64,000 nucleotides of DNA from Gemmatimonadales bacterium (GTDB lineage Bacteria > Gemmatimonadota > Gemmatimonadetes > Gemmatimonadales > GWC2-71-9). The stretch spans positions 224,067-288,066 of the forward strand of contig JASNZF010000004.1 of NCBI GenBank assembly GCA_048499805.1. Direction: 5' to 3'. Each line of letters begins with the position of its first letter. The first letter of the stretch is position 1. A model generated the notes under the pieces. That model was not told the DNA's origin, did not search any database, and saw only the letters and a program-made list of their open reading frames with translations. Position numbers and translations under genes: made by a program. Shown here piece by piece: positions 1 through 9,789 of this stretch.

Positions 1-332
1 GCTACGGCTGGCGCGCGGGCAGCCCGGAGAGCTCCGGCATCGGCGGCTTCTACGACGTGCTCGGCCCGAACAACTACGTCGTGGAGAGCGGGTCGTACGC
101 CAAGCTCCGCGAGGTGAGCCTGACCTACAAGTTCGGCAAGATCGCGGGTGTCGGCGACTGGACCCTGGGCCTGGTCGGCCGGAACATCCTCAAGTTCACC
201 AACTACTCGGGCATGGATCCGGAGGTGGGTGTCAGTGGTGGCAACACGGGCTCGGGCCTGATCAACCAGACCGACAACTTCGACATGCCGCCGCTGCGGT
301 CGTTCACCTTCTCCATTTCCACGCGCTTCTAG
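1..332 (+). CDS. SusC/RagA-family TonB-dependent outer-membrane receptor, C-terminal fragment (5' end is outside the window). Identical to the C-terminus of the susC at 3624..6983.
   Basis: In-frame with ORF 57..332. The translation matches the last ~110 aa of the 1119-aa SusC and ends ...FTFSISTRF, with the terminal aromatic residue typical of TonB-dependent receptors. It lies inside the 3043-bp perfect repeat. Confidence 0.85.
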   Translation, partial: YGWRAGSPESSGIGGFYDVLGPNNYVVESGSYAKLREVSLTYKFGKIAGVGDWTLGLVGRNILKFTNYSGMDPEVGVSGGNTGSGLINQTDNFDMPPLRSFTFSISTRF

Positions 333-344
333 GAGCCATCCAGA

Positions 345-2030
345 ATGATGCGATCCATGATCCGATGCGGGGCGCTGGCCGGAGCGGTGTTGCTCGGGGC
401 CTGCGACCTCGCGGTCGAGAACCGAACCGCGCCGGACACGTCGAAGGTGCTGGCGACGCCAGCGGACGTCGAGGCGCTCCTGGGCGGGCAGTTCCTCCGC
501 CACAACTCGTCACTGTACGGCAGCACGGCGAACGTGTGGGGCATGATGAACGTCATGTCGCACGAGAACTTCAGCAGCCTGTCGAACAACTGCCAGGGCC
601 AGCGCGTGGGCATCCCGCGCGCCAGCAATGACAACGCAGTCGGCAACGGCTGCGCCAGCGAGCAGCGCCGGGTGTACTACATCGACGGCGAAGTGGTCCG
701 GGTGAGCTCGAACATCCTGGCCAAGCTCAACACCGCGGGCTTCACCCTGGGCTCCACGGCCCAGGACCAGCGGGCGCGGGCCTTCGCCAACTTCACCCGG
801 GGCGTGGCCCTGGGCTACCTGGCGATGGTCTACGACTCGGCGGCGATCATCACCCCCGAGAGCAGCACCGAGGATCCGGGCCAACTCTCCGGCTACCAGG
901 ACGTGATGACCGCGGCGCTGGCCTCGCTGGACGCCGCCATCGCGGCGGCCCAGGCGCCGGGCACCGGGACCGGGGGCTTCCCGATCCCGAACGAGTGGTT
1001 CGCCAACACCAATGGCGCGACCACGGCGGCGGAGTTCATCAAGATCGTCCGCAGCTACAAGGCCCGGTTCCGGGCCGGCGTGGCGCGGACCCCGGCCGAG
1101 CGGGCGGCGGTCAACTGGGCGGCGGTGATCGCCGATGCCCAGAACGGGATCACGCAGGACATGAACCTCCGGACCGCCACCACCGCCGGCACCCTGAGCA
1201 ACAGCTGGGTGTCCACCTGGTACAGCTACACGACCTGGCACCAGATGGTGCCGTTCATCATCGGGATGGGCGACGTCTCGGGCAACTACGAGGCGTACAT
1301 CGCGGCCCCCCTGAACGACAAGGGCAAGGACGGCGCGTTCTTCATGGTGACGCCCGACCTGCGCTGGCCGCAGGGGGCCACCCGCGCCGCCCAGCAGGCC
1401 GACTTCTCGGTCACTTCCTGCACCGCCGCCGGTTCCATCTGCAAGCGGGACTTCCGCAACCGGCCGACGGCGAACGACCAGGCCTCGGGCCCGACCTGGG
1501 GCTACTCGAACTACGACCACACCCGGTACTACGCCTGGGACAAGAGTGGCTCGGAGCCCGGTGCGACCAACAACACCGGCCCGTTCCCGTTCATGAAGAA
1601 GGCCGAGATCGACATGCTCCAGGCCGAGGGCCTGATCCGGACCGGGAGCTTCGCGGCCGCGGCGGCGCTGATCAACAACACCCGCGTCGGGCGCGGTGGC
1701 CTGCCGGCGATCACGGCGTTCGACAACACCTCGCCGGTGCCGGGCGGGGCCAACTGCGTGCCCCGGGTGCCCAATTCATCGGGCACGGCGGTGGCCTGCG
1801 GCAACATGATGGAAGCGATGAAGTGGGAAAAGCGGATGGAAACCGCCTATACGCACTTCGGCGGGTGGTTCTTTGACCACCGCGGGTGGGGTGACCTGCC
1901 CGAGGGGACCCCGACCCACTGGGCCCCGCCGTACGAGGACCTCCTGGCGCGCGGGTATGCCAAGGAGGCCGTCTACAGCCTCGGGGGTGGCCTGCCCGGC
2001 AGCGCCGCCAAGGGGACGTACGGCTGGTGA
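345..2030 (+). CDS. SusD/RagB-family nutrient-binding outer-membrane lipoprotein (copy 1, identical to 6996..8681)
   Basis: 561 aa. Signal peptide with lipobox LLGAC. Sits 12 nt downstream of the susC stop, which is the canonical susC-susD arrangement. Size and composition fit the SusD family. Confidence 0.85.
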   Translation: MMRSMIRCGALAGAVLLGACDLAVENRTAPDTSKVLATPADVEALLGGQFLRHNSSLYGSTANVWGMMNVMSHENFSSLSNNCQGQRVGIPRASNDNAVGNGCASEQRRVYYIDGEVVRVSSNILAKLNTAGFTLGSTAQDQRARAFANFTRGVALGYLAMVYDSAAIITPESSTEDPGQLSGYQDVMTAALASLDAAIAAAQAPGTGTGGFPIPNEWFANTNGATTAAEFIKIVRSYKARFRAGVARTPAERAAVNWAAVIADAQNGITQDMNLRTATTAGTLSNSWVSTWYSYTTWHQMVPFIIGMGDVSGNYEAYIAAPLNDKGKDGAFFMVTPDLRWPQGATRAAQQADFSVTSCTAAGSICKRDFRNRPTANDQASGPTWGYSNYDHTRYYAWDKSGSEPGATNNTGPFPFMKKAEIDMLQAEGLIRTGSFAAAAALINNTRVGRGGLPAITAFDNTSPVPGGANCVPRVPNSSGTAVACGNMMEAMKWEKRMETAYTHFGGWFFDHRGWGDLPEGTPTHWAPPYEDLLARGYAKEAVYSLGGGLPGSAAKGTYGW

Positions 2031-2128
2031 TCACCGCCGACGCCGCCCGCCGGTCGCGACCGGCGGGTCGGCGCCACCCGGCCGGCCGTGCAGACGGTCC
2101 TGGCCCTTCCACTTTCATGGAGTGCGTA

Positions 2129-2977
2129 ATGCGACGCCTTTTTCGACTCTCGGCATTGGCTCTGGCCCTGGGCGCTTCGACCGCCTGCCGGCCCGAGACG
2201 ATCATCGAGACTGAAGACATCCCGACGGCGGGCATCCGGTTCGTCAATGCGGTGCCCGACACCTTCGCGCTGGACTTCCGTCCGGTGGACATCGTGGAGA
2301 ACACCCACTTCTACTCGGTGGGGTTCCGCAGCACGACGCTGCTGTACTACAAGAATGCGCGGGCCGGGCAGCGGCAGTTCAAGATCTTCCTGGCCAACCC
2401 GAGCCTGACGGCGCCGGCGGCGGAACAGCAGGCCATCGCGAGCACGGTGGTGGACGAGCTGAACCTGACGCTGGAAGCGGGGAAGAACTACACGGTCATC
2501 ATCTGGGGCTACATGCGGCCGGGCTCGACGCCGGCGAAGCGGGTGACGGTGCTGGAGGACAATCCGGCGGATCCGGGGAGCCAGGTGGCGCTGCGGATCG
2601 TCAACGCGGCCGCGGACCTGGGCGCGGTGGACGGCCGGTTCTACCCGAGCACGGGCACGGCGCCGGCCTCGCCGAACTGGGCGAACGTGGCGGCCCTGAC
2701 GGCGTCGGCGTACGTGAACACGGCGCCGGGCGCGATCAAGGCGAACGTGCGGCTGGCGGGCGGGACGACGGCGCTGTTCACCGACCCGACGCTGCCGGCC
2801 GGGATTGCGGAGACGATCGACATCGACGGCGCGCCGGGCAGCACGCGGGCGGGGACGGGGATGTCGGGGTTCGTCTTCCCGCGGTCGGTGGCGGGCAGCC
2901 GGGCGACGAACTTCACCACGCCGGGGATGTTCTGGGTGTGGGATCGGCGTCCGCCGCGGACCTGCGCGCTCTGCTAG
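2129..2977 (+). CDS. DUF4397-like surface lipoprotein (copy 1). The annotated ORF starts at 2027, but the probable start is the ATG at 2129.
   Basis: The internal Met gives MRRLFRLSALALALGASTAC, a lipoprotein signal. Repeated [IL]R[FI]VNA.PD...DF/RIVNAAADLGAVD motifs are typical of DUF4397 beta-sandwich repeats. It overlaps the susD stop, consistent with a SusE/F-like accessory position. Confidence 0.5.
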   Translation: MRRLFRLSALALALGASTACRPETIIETEDIPTAGIRFVNAVPDTFALDFRPVDIVENTHFYSVGFRSTTLLYYKNARAGQRQFKIFLANPSLTAPAAEQQAIASTVVDELNLTLEAGKNYTVIIWGYMRPGSTPAKRVTVLEDNPADPGSQVALRIVNAAADLGAVDGRFYPSTGTAPASPNWANVAALTASAYVNTAPGAIKANVRLAGGTTALFTDPTLPAGIAETIDIDGAPGSTRAGTGMSGFVFPRSVAGSRATNFTTPGMFWVWDRRPPRTCALC

Positions 2978-3573
2978 GCGGGTCGGCGATCAGCCGCAGC
3001 ACCAGTCGGGCCGCCGGGCACTCGCCCGGCGGCCCGATTGGCATTCGGGGGCTCCGGAGCGGGCCGCCGACGCCCCCCTTGCTGGTCCTCCGTTCCAGTT
3101 GGCTCGTGGCCAGGCAGCGCGACCGGGGGGCTGGACGAAACCTCGCTGGGGCTGTAGGATCAAGGTTCGGCTGAGACAGAGGGTTCTGCGGGTCGTCGCC
3201 GCGCTGGTGGACGATCGTCGGGATCCGAGTGGGGTGGTATTGCTGGGCCGGTCCACGCGGCCGCCCATGCCGGCCCTGTTGTGTGTGGCAAGCGTCCTTT
3301 TGACACAGCCGTGTACCGGGCCGCGTGTCCGTTCGTCACAACCAGAATCCTTCGCGAGCACAAGTTGTTGCTGTACAGGGACTTGCAACGCCCCCATCCG
3401 GGGCATGCTCCCTGCTGTGTTGCAGGTCACCGTATTGTCTCCGCGCCGGGTGACGGGCGCTGAGGCGGCAGGTTTCGTTTCATTGTGAAGCTCACCTCGA
3501 GCCACACGTTTCCCGCCAATTGGCGAGTTCTCCATAGGTTCCAGCGTCACTACCAGGTTTCGTTCGTCCCGGC

Positions 3574-3591
3574 ATGTCGCCGGGGCGACAT
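3574..3591. promoter_or_regulatory. Perfect 8-bp inverted repeat with a 2-nt spacer (ATGTCGCC-GG-GGCGACAT) in the susC leader, 33 nt upstream of the start codon
   Basis: Read directly from the sequence. Candidate operator or 5'-UTR hairpin for the SusC/SusD operon. Confidence 0.35.
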
Positions 3592-3623
3592 CGTTCACCC
3601 ACGAAAGAGGAACACAGGCGACT

Positions 3624-6600
3624 ATGACGACTTTTGAGCGTCCTCGCGCCATCCTCCGCGTGTTGCTGCCGGTGCTCGCGCTGTTCGGCTTCGCGGCCGA
3701 AGCGCACTCCCAGGCGACGTTCCGCGGCAGGGTGCTGACCGAGCGTGGCGAGCCGATTGCGGCCGCGGCGGTTGGCATTGCCGAGCTCGGCATCACGACC
3801 CAGTCCAACGCCCAGGGGGTCTATACCCTGATTGTCCCGGCGGCACGCGTCTCGGGGCAGCAGGTGACCCTGGCGGCCCGGGCGATCGGATACCGGGCCC
3901 GGTCCACGTCGATCGCGCTGGCGGCCGGCGAGCGGACCATCGACTTCACCCTCATCCAGGACATCAACAAGCTGGAAGAGGTGATCGTCACCGGCGTGAT
4001 GGAGGGCGTGGAGCGCTCCAAGGTGCCGTTCGCCGTGGGCCGTGTCACCGCGGAGGACATCCCGGTGGCGGCGGTGGACCCGGTGCGCGCCCTGCAGGGC
4101 AAGGTGGCCGGTGTCCGGATCGCCCAGACGACGGGCTATCCGGGCTCGACGCCGGAGATCCTGCTGCGCGGCCCGACGTCGATCAACGCGTCGGGGCGTG
4201 GCCAGGGCCCGCTGATCATCATCGACGATGTGATCATGAACGTCGGGGTGCTGACCGAGCTGGGCGGCATGGACATCGAGTCGATCGAGGTGGTGAAGGG
4301 CGCCGCGGGCGCGTCGCTGTACGGGACCCGGGCGGCGAACGGGGTCATCACGATCCGGACCAAGCGCGGGCTGACGGGCGGGAATGACGGGGTCCGGTTC
4401 AACGTGCGGACCGAGTACGGCTTCAACGACATGAACATCGACTACGGCATCCCGGTCAACCACCCGCTCGGTCTCGACGAGACGGGCAAGCGGTTCTGCG
4501 TGATCGTCTCCGGGACCCAGCCGTGCTCGCGCACCCTGGACATCAACCGCGAGATCATGCGCCGCAACGCGGTGGCCGCGGACACGATCCGGACCGGCCA
4601 GAGCGTCCTCTACGCGGCCCCGACCGGGACCGAGCTGCGGAACGTCTACCAGGCCAACATCTGGCCGGGCCAGTACTACAACCAGGTCGCCCAGCTGATG
4701 ACCCGTTCGCCCAGCATCCTGACCAACGTCGACGCGACGGGCCGGGTGGGCAACGTCTCCTTCTACGTCAGCGGCAACTACACCGACGAGGCCGGCGCCC
4801 TCACGGTCCTCAACGGGGTGCAGAACAAGCGGGCCCGCGTCAACCTGGACTACGACGCCCGCTCCGACCTCAAGATCTCGGTGAGCACCTTCGCCGACAA
4901 GCTCAACGACGACAACGACGGGTTCAACTTCGGCGGCCTGCTCCGGGGCATGCTCCCGGGCGTCGACCAGCTGATGCGGGACTCGCTGGGCCGCGCCCCG
5001 CTGGTGACCGGCGGCTCGGGCTACCGGCCGACCGGCAACGGCGGCGGCAACCTGGTGTACGGCCCGGAGAACAACATCGCCTACCGCGAGTCGACCCGGT
5101 TCCTGGGCAGCATCACCGCCCGGTACTTCCCGACCGACTGGGCCACCTTCGAGGCCACGGCCGGCTATGACACCCGGGCCCGCCAGGACGTGGACATCAC
5201 CCCGTCCGGCACGCGGTCGACGTCGATCTCGGCGGCGACGAACAAGGGCAACATGTCGATCAACAACTTCCACGACGAGTCGGTGAACGCGGCGCTGTCG
5301 GCCACGTTCCGGAGCCAGCTCGGCGAGGAGTTGAGCGGCAAGCTGAGCTTCCGCGGCCTGTACGACGAGAACAACTTCAACAGCGTCAACACCGCGGGCC
5401 AGGTGTTCACGGTCAAGGACATCAACACGCTGGGCAACACCACGACCAACAAGTCGAACAGCTCCAGCATCACCACGATCAAGAACGTGGGCCTGTTCGC
5501 CGGCGCGTCGCTGGACTACAAGGACCGCTACATCGTCGAGGGCTCGTTCCGGTACGACGGTTCCTCGCTGTTCGGCGCCGGCAACCGCTGGTCGCCGTTC
5601 GGGCGGATCTCGGCGGTCTGGAACGTGGCGCGCGAGCCGTTCTGGAACGTCGGGTTCATGGATGAGTTCCGGCTCCGCGCCAGCCGCGGCACCGCCGGCA
5701 CCACGCCGCCGTTCTCGGCGCAGTACGAGACCTACTCGGTCAGCGGCACCTCGGTGACGCTGGGCCAGGCGGGCAACCGGCTGATCAAGCCGGAGACCAC
5801 GACCGAGGTGGAGGTCGGCACCGACTTCACGCTGTTCGGGAAGGTCGGCTTCGAGGTGACCTACGCGCACGCCGTGACCCGGGACCAGATCCTGCCGGTC
5901 TCGACGGCGGCGTCGCTGGGCTTCTCGACCCAGTGGCAGAACGCGGGGACGCTGGACAACAAGACGATCGAGCTGGGCGTGAACCTGCCGATCGTCAACA
6001 GCAGCACCCTGTTCTGGCAGATGCGCGGGACCTGGGACCGCACCCGGACCCACATCACCGAGCTGTTCGTCCCCGACTTCATCTACTCGGGCGGCACCGG
6101 CCAGGGCACCGGCAGCTTCTTCTACATGACGGCCAACACCGAAGTGCAGAACGGCTTCCCGCTCAACCGGTACGGCAACATCTACGGCCGCGCCTTCTAC
6201 AAGACCTGCGGCGACCTGCCGGTCTCGGTCCAGCCGGACTGCGGCCCGGGCAAGGCGTACCAGCGGGACAGCAACGGGTGGGTGGTCTGGACCGGGGCGG
6301 GGAACAGCATCGGCGACGGCATCACCAAGAACCTGTGGAGCACCACGCTGCCGGCGAGCGAGTCGCCGTGGAACTACGCCCTGACCTGGGGCCACCCGAT
6401 CGTCGACCGTCCGCTGGCGGGCGAGCCGGGCGAGCGGGTGGGCAAGAACCAGATCATCGGCAACGTGTTCCCGGACTTCCGGTTCACGTTCACGAACGAC
6501 ATCCAGTACAAGAAGCTGACGCTGTACACCCTGCTCGATGCCACCATCGGGCACGAGATCAACAACCAGGGTGAGGGCTGGGGCCTGCTGGACCTGAGCT

Positions 6601-6983
6601 CCGCCTACTTCGACCAGGCCGACCAGACGGTCCAGACGGCCAAGCCGGTGGGCTACGGCTGGCGCGCGGGCAGCCCGGAGAGCTCCGGCATCGGCGGCTT
6701 CTACGACGTGCTCGGCCCGAACAACTACGTCGTGGAGAGCGGGTCGTACGCCAAGCTCCGCGAGGTGAGCCTGACCTACAAGTTCGGCAAGATCGCGGGT
6801 GTCGGCGACTGGACCCTGGGCCTGGTCGGCCGGAACATCCTCAAGTTCACCAACTACTCGGGCATGGATCCGGAGGTGGGTGTCAGTGGTGGCAACACGG
6901 GCTCGGGCCTGATCAACCAGACCGACAACTTCGACATGCCGCCGCTGCGGTCGTTCACCTTCTCCATTTCCACGCGCTTCTAG
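3624..6983 (+). CDS. SusC/RagA-family TonB-dependent outer-membrane receptor (full length, 1119 aa)
   Basis: Signal peptide. N-terminal carboxypeptidase-regulatory-like domain (FRGRVLTERGEPIAAAAVGIAELGITTQSNAQGVYTL). TonB box/plug (EEVIVTGV...IESIEVVKGAAGASLYGTRAANGVITIRTKRG). Long beta-barrel ending in ...STRF. It is followed 12 nt later by susD. Confidence 0.95.
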   Translation: MTTFERPRAILRVLLPVLALFGFAAEAHSQATFRGRVLTERGEPIAAAAVGIAELGITTQSNAQGVYTLIVPAARVSGQQVTLAARAIGYRARSTSIALAAGERTIDFTLIQDINKLEEVIVTGVMEGVERSKVPFAVGRVTAEDIPVAAVDPVRALQGKVAGVRIAQTTGYPGSTPEILLRGPTSINASGRGQGPLIIIDDVIMNVGVLTELGGMDIESIEVVKGAAGASLYGTRAANGVITIRTKRGLTGGNDGVRFNVRTEYGFNDMNIDYGIPVNHPLGLDETGKRFCVIVSGTQPCSRTLDINREIMRRNAVAADTIRTGQSVLYAAPTGTELRNVYQANIWPGQYYNQVAQLMTRSPSILTNVDATGRVGNVSFYVSGNYTDEAGALTVLNGVQNKRARVNLDYDARSDLKISVSTFADKLNDDNDGFNFGGLLRGMLPGVDQLMRDSLGRAPLVTGGSGYRPTGNGGGNLVYGPENNIAYRESTRFLGSITARYFPTDWATFEATAGYDTRARQDVDITPSGTRSTSISAATNKGNMSINNFHDESVNAALSATFRSQLGEELSGKLSFRGLYDENNFNSVNTAGQVFTVKDINTLGNTTTNKSNSSSITTIKNVGLFAGASLDYKDRYIVEGSFRYDGSSLFGAGNRWSPFGRISAVWNVAREPFWNVGFMDEFRLRASRGTAGTTPPFSAQYETYSVSGTSVTLGQAGNRLIKPETTTEVEVGTDFTLFGKVGFEVTYAHAVTRDQILPVSTAASLGFSTQWQNAGTLDNKTIELGVNLPIVNSSTLFWQMRGTWDRTRTHITELFVPDFIYSGGTGQGTGSFFYMTANTEVQNGFPLNRYGNIYGRAFYKTCGDLPVSVQPDCGPGKAYQRDSNGWVVWTGAGNSIGDGITKNLWSTTLPASESPWNYALTWGHPIVDRPLAGEPGERVGKNQIIGNVFPDFRFTFTNDIQYKKLTLYTLLDATIGHEINNQGEGWGLLDLSSAYFDQADQTVQTAKPVGYGWRAGSPESSGIGGFYDVLGPNNYVVESGSYAKLREVSLTYKFGKIAGVGDWTLGLVGRNILKFTNYSGMDPEVGVSGGNTGSGLINQTDNFDMPPLRSFTFSISTRF

Positions 6984-6995
6984 GAGCCATCCAGA

Positions 6996-8681
6996 ATGAT
7001 GCGATCCATGATCCGATGCGGGGCGCTGGCCGGAGCGGTGTTGCTCGGGGCCTGCGACCTCGCGGTCGAGAACCGAACCGCGCCGGACACGTCGAAGGTG
7101 CTGGCGACGCCAGCGGACGTCGAGGCGCTCCTGGGCGGGCAGTTCCTCCGCCACAACTCGTCACTGTACGGCAGCACGGCGAACGTGTGGGGCATGATGA
7201 ACGTCATGTCGCACGAGAACTTCAGCAGCCTGTCGAACAACTGCCAGGGCCAGCGCGTGGGCATCCCGCGCGCCAGCAATGACAACGCAGTCGGCAACGG
7301 CTGCGCCAGCGAGCAGCGCCGGGTGTACTACATCGACGGCGAAGTGGTCCGGGTGAGCTCGAACATCCTGGCCAAGCTCAACACCGCGGGCTTCACCCTG
7401 GGCTCCACGGCCCAGGACCAGCGGGCGCGGGCCTTCGCCAACTTCACCCGGGGCGTGGCCCTGGGCTACCTGGCGATGGTCTACGACTCGGCGGCGATCA
7501 TCACCCCCGAGAGCAGCACCGAGGATCCGGGCCAACTCTCCGGCTACCAGGACGTGATGACCGCGGCGCTGGCCTCGCTGGACGCCGCCATCGCGGCGGC
7601 CCAGGCGCCGGGCACCGGGACCGGGGGCTTCCCGATCCCGAACGAGTGGTTCGCCAACACCAATGGCGCGACCACGGCGGCGGAGTTCATCAAGATCGTC
7701 CGCAGCTACAAGGCCCGGTTCCGGGCCGGCGTGGCGCGGACCCCGGCCGAGCGGGCGGCGGTCAACTGGGCGGCGGTGATCGCCGATGCCCAGAACGGGA
7801 TCACGCAGGACATGAACCTCCGGACCGCCACCACCGCCGGCACCCTGAGCAACAGCTGGGTGTCCACCTGGTACAGCTACACGACCTGGCACCAGATGGT
7901 GCCGTTCATCATCGGGATGGGCGACGTCTCGGGCAACTACGAGGCGTACATCGCGGCCCCCCTGAACGACAAGGGCAAGGACGGCGCGTTCTTCATGGTG
8001 ACGCCCGACCTGCGCTGGCCGCAGGGGGCCACCCGCGCCGCCCAGCAGGCCGACTTCTCGGTCACTTCCTGCACCGCCGCCGGTTCCATCTGCAAGCGGG
8101 ACTTCCGCAACCGGCCGACGGCGAACGACCAGGCCTCGGGCCCGACCTGGGGCTACTCGAACTACGACCACACCCGGTACTACGCCTGGGACAAGAGTGG
8201 CTCGGAGCCCGGTGCGACCAACAACACCGGCCCGTTCCCGTTCATGAAGAAGGCCGAGATCGACATGCTCCAGGCCGAGGGCCTGATCCGGACCGGGAGC
8301 TTCGCGGCCGCGGCGGCGCTGATCAACAACACCCGCGTCGGGCGCGGTGGCCTGCCGGCGATCACGGCGTTCGACAACACCTCGCCGGTGCCGGGCGGGG
8401 CCAACTGCGTGCCCCGGGTGCCCAATTCATCGGGCACGGCGGTGGCCTGCGGCAACATGATGGAAGCGATGAAGTGGGAAAAGCGGATGGAAACCGCCTA
8501 TACGCACTTCGGCGGGTGGTTCTTTGACCACCGCGGGTGGGGTGACCTGCCCGAGGGGACCCCGACCCACTGGGCCCCGCCGTACGAGGACCTCCTGGCG
8601 CGCGGGTATGCCAAGGAGGCCGTCTACAGCCTCGGGGGTGGCCTGCCCGGCAGCGCCGCCAAGGGGACGTACGGCTGGTGA
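6996..8681 (+). CDS. SusD/RagB-family nutrient-binding outer-membrane lipoprotein (copy 2)
   Basis: Identical to 345..2030. Lipobox LLGAC. Immediately downstream of the full-length susC. Confidence 0.9.
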   Translation: MMRSMIRCGALAGAVLLGACDLAVENRTAPDTSKVLATPADVEALLGGQFLRHNSSLYGSTANVWGMMNVMSHENFSSLSNNCQGQRVGIPRASNDNAVGNGCASEQRRVYYIDGEVVRVSSNILAKLNTAGFTLGSTAQDQRARAFANFTRGVALGYLAMVYDSAAIITPESSTEDPGQLSGYQDVMTAALASLDAAIAAAQAPGTGTGGFPIPNEWFANTNGATTAAEFIKIVRSYKARFRAGVARTPAERAAVNWAAVIADAQNGITQDMNLRTATTAGTLSNSWVSTWYSYTTWHQMVPFIIGMGDVSGNYEAYIAAPLNDKGKDGAFFMVTPDLRWPQGATRAAQQADFSVTSCTAAGSICKRDFRNRPTANDQASGPTWGYSNYDHTRYYAWDKSGSEPGATNNTGPFPFMKKAEIDMLQAEGLIRTGSFAAAAALINNTRVGRGGLPAITAFDNTSPVPGGANCVPRVPNSSGTAVACGNMMEAMKWEKRMETAYTHFGGWFFDHRGWGDLPEGTPTHWAPPYEDLLARGYAKEAVYSLGGGLPGSAAKGTYGW

Positions 8682-8779
8682 TCACCGCCGACGCCGCCCG
8701 CCGGTCGCGACCGGCGGGTCGGCGCCACCCGGCCGGCCGTGCAGACGGTCCTGGCCCTTCCACTTTCATGGAGTGCGTA

Positions 8780-9628
8780 ATGCGACGCCTTTTTCGACTC
8801 TCGGCATTGGCTCTGGCCCTGGGCGCTTCGACCGCCTGCCGGCCCGAGACGATCATCGAGACTGAAGACATCCCGACGGCGGGCATCCGGTTCGTCAATG
8901 CGGTGCCCGACACCTTCGCGCTGGACTTCCGTCCGGTGGACATCGTGGAGAACACCCACTTCTACTCGGTGGGGTTCCGCAGCACGACGCTGCTGTACTA
9001 CAAGAATGCGCGGGCCGGGCAGCGGCAGTTCAAGATCTTCCTGGCCAACCCGAGCCTGACGGCGCCGGCGGCGGAACAGCAGGCCATCGCGAGCACGGTG
9101 GTGGACGAGCTGAACCTGACGCTGGAAGCGGGGAAGAACTACACGGTCATCATCTGGGGCTACATGCGGCCGGGCTCGACGCCGGCGAAGCGGGTGACGG
9201 TGCTGGAGGACAATCCGGCGGATCCGGGGAGCCAGGTGGCGCTGCGGATCGTCAACGCGGCCGCGGACCTGGGCGCGGTGGACGGCCGGTTCTACCCGAG
9301 CACGGGCACGGCGCCGGCCTCGCCGAACTGGGCGAACGTGGCGGCCCTGACGGCGTCGGCGTACGTGAACACGGCGCCGGGCGCGATCAAGGCGAACGTG
9401 CGGCTGGCGGGCGGGACGACGGCGCTGTTCACCGACCCGACGCTGCCGGCCGGGATTGCGGAGACGATCGACATCGACGGCGCGCCGGGCAGCACGCGGG
9501 CGGGGACGGGGATGTCGGGGTTCGTCTTCCCGCGGTCGGTGGCGGGCAGCCGGGCGACGAACTTCACCACGCCGGGGATGTTCTGGGTGTGGGATCGGCG
9601 TCCGCCGCGGACCTGCGCGCTCTGCTAG
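8780..9628 (+). CDS. DUF4397-like surface lipoprotein (copy 2)
   Basis: Identical to 2129..2977. Confidence 0.5.
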   Translation: MRRLFRLSALALALGASTACRPETIIETEDIPTAGIRFVNAVPDTFALDFRPVDIVENTHFYSVGFRSTTLLYYKNARAGQRQFKIFLANPSLTAPAAEQQAIASTVVDELNLTLEAGKNYTVIIWGYMRPGSTPAKRVTVLEDNPADPGSQVALRIVNAAADLGAVDGRFYPSTGTAPASPNWANVAALTASAYVNTAPGAIKANVRLAGGTTALFTDPTLPAGIAETIDIDGAPGSTRAGTGMSGFVFPRSVAGSRATNFTTPGMFWVWDRRPPRTCALC

Positions 9629-9789
9629 GCGGGTCGGCGATCAGCCGCAGCACCAGTCGGGCCGCCGGGCACTCGCCCGGCGGCCCGATTGGCGCTCAGG
9701 CCCCTGCAGGCGCAGTGCCGGCCGTCCCGCGCTCCACGCCGCGAGCTGGAACGACCGGACTCCCCACGGCGGCGACAAAGGAGTCGTCC

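Larger units (their letters stand above)
1..3043. repeat. Direct repeat copy A (100% identical to 6652..9694)
   Basis: Base-by-base identity was checked at several points. ORFs 345..2030 and 2027..2977 translate identically to 6996..8681 and 8678..9628. Identity breaks after 3043 and 9694 (..ccgattggc|attcgggg versus ..ccgattggc|gctcaggc). Confidence 0.95.
6652..9694. repeat. Direct repeat copy B (100% identical to 1..3043)
   Basis: See copy A. The offset between the copies is 6651 bp. Confidence 0.95.

Noticed and set aside
2027-2128. The N-terminal 34 codons of ORF 2027..2977 (and of 8678..8779) as part of the lipoprotein
   Set aside because: The extension (MITADAARRSRPAGRRHPAGRADGPGPSTF) is Arg/Pro-rich with no signal character and overlaps the susD 3' end. 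The internal Met gives a canonical lipoprotein signal.
3492-7154. 1220-aa minus-strand ORF antisense to susC. Similar very long antisense ORFs occur at 510..1520, 13273..14766, 15910..17379, 18295..20214, 34285..37275, 40514..42817, 49408..51315 and 53097..56918.
   Set aside because: These are Arg/Gly/Pro/Ala-rich low-complexity translations, typical of the stop-codon-poor antisense frames of about 68% GC DNA. Each is fully overlapped by a sense-strand gene with clear family motifs.
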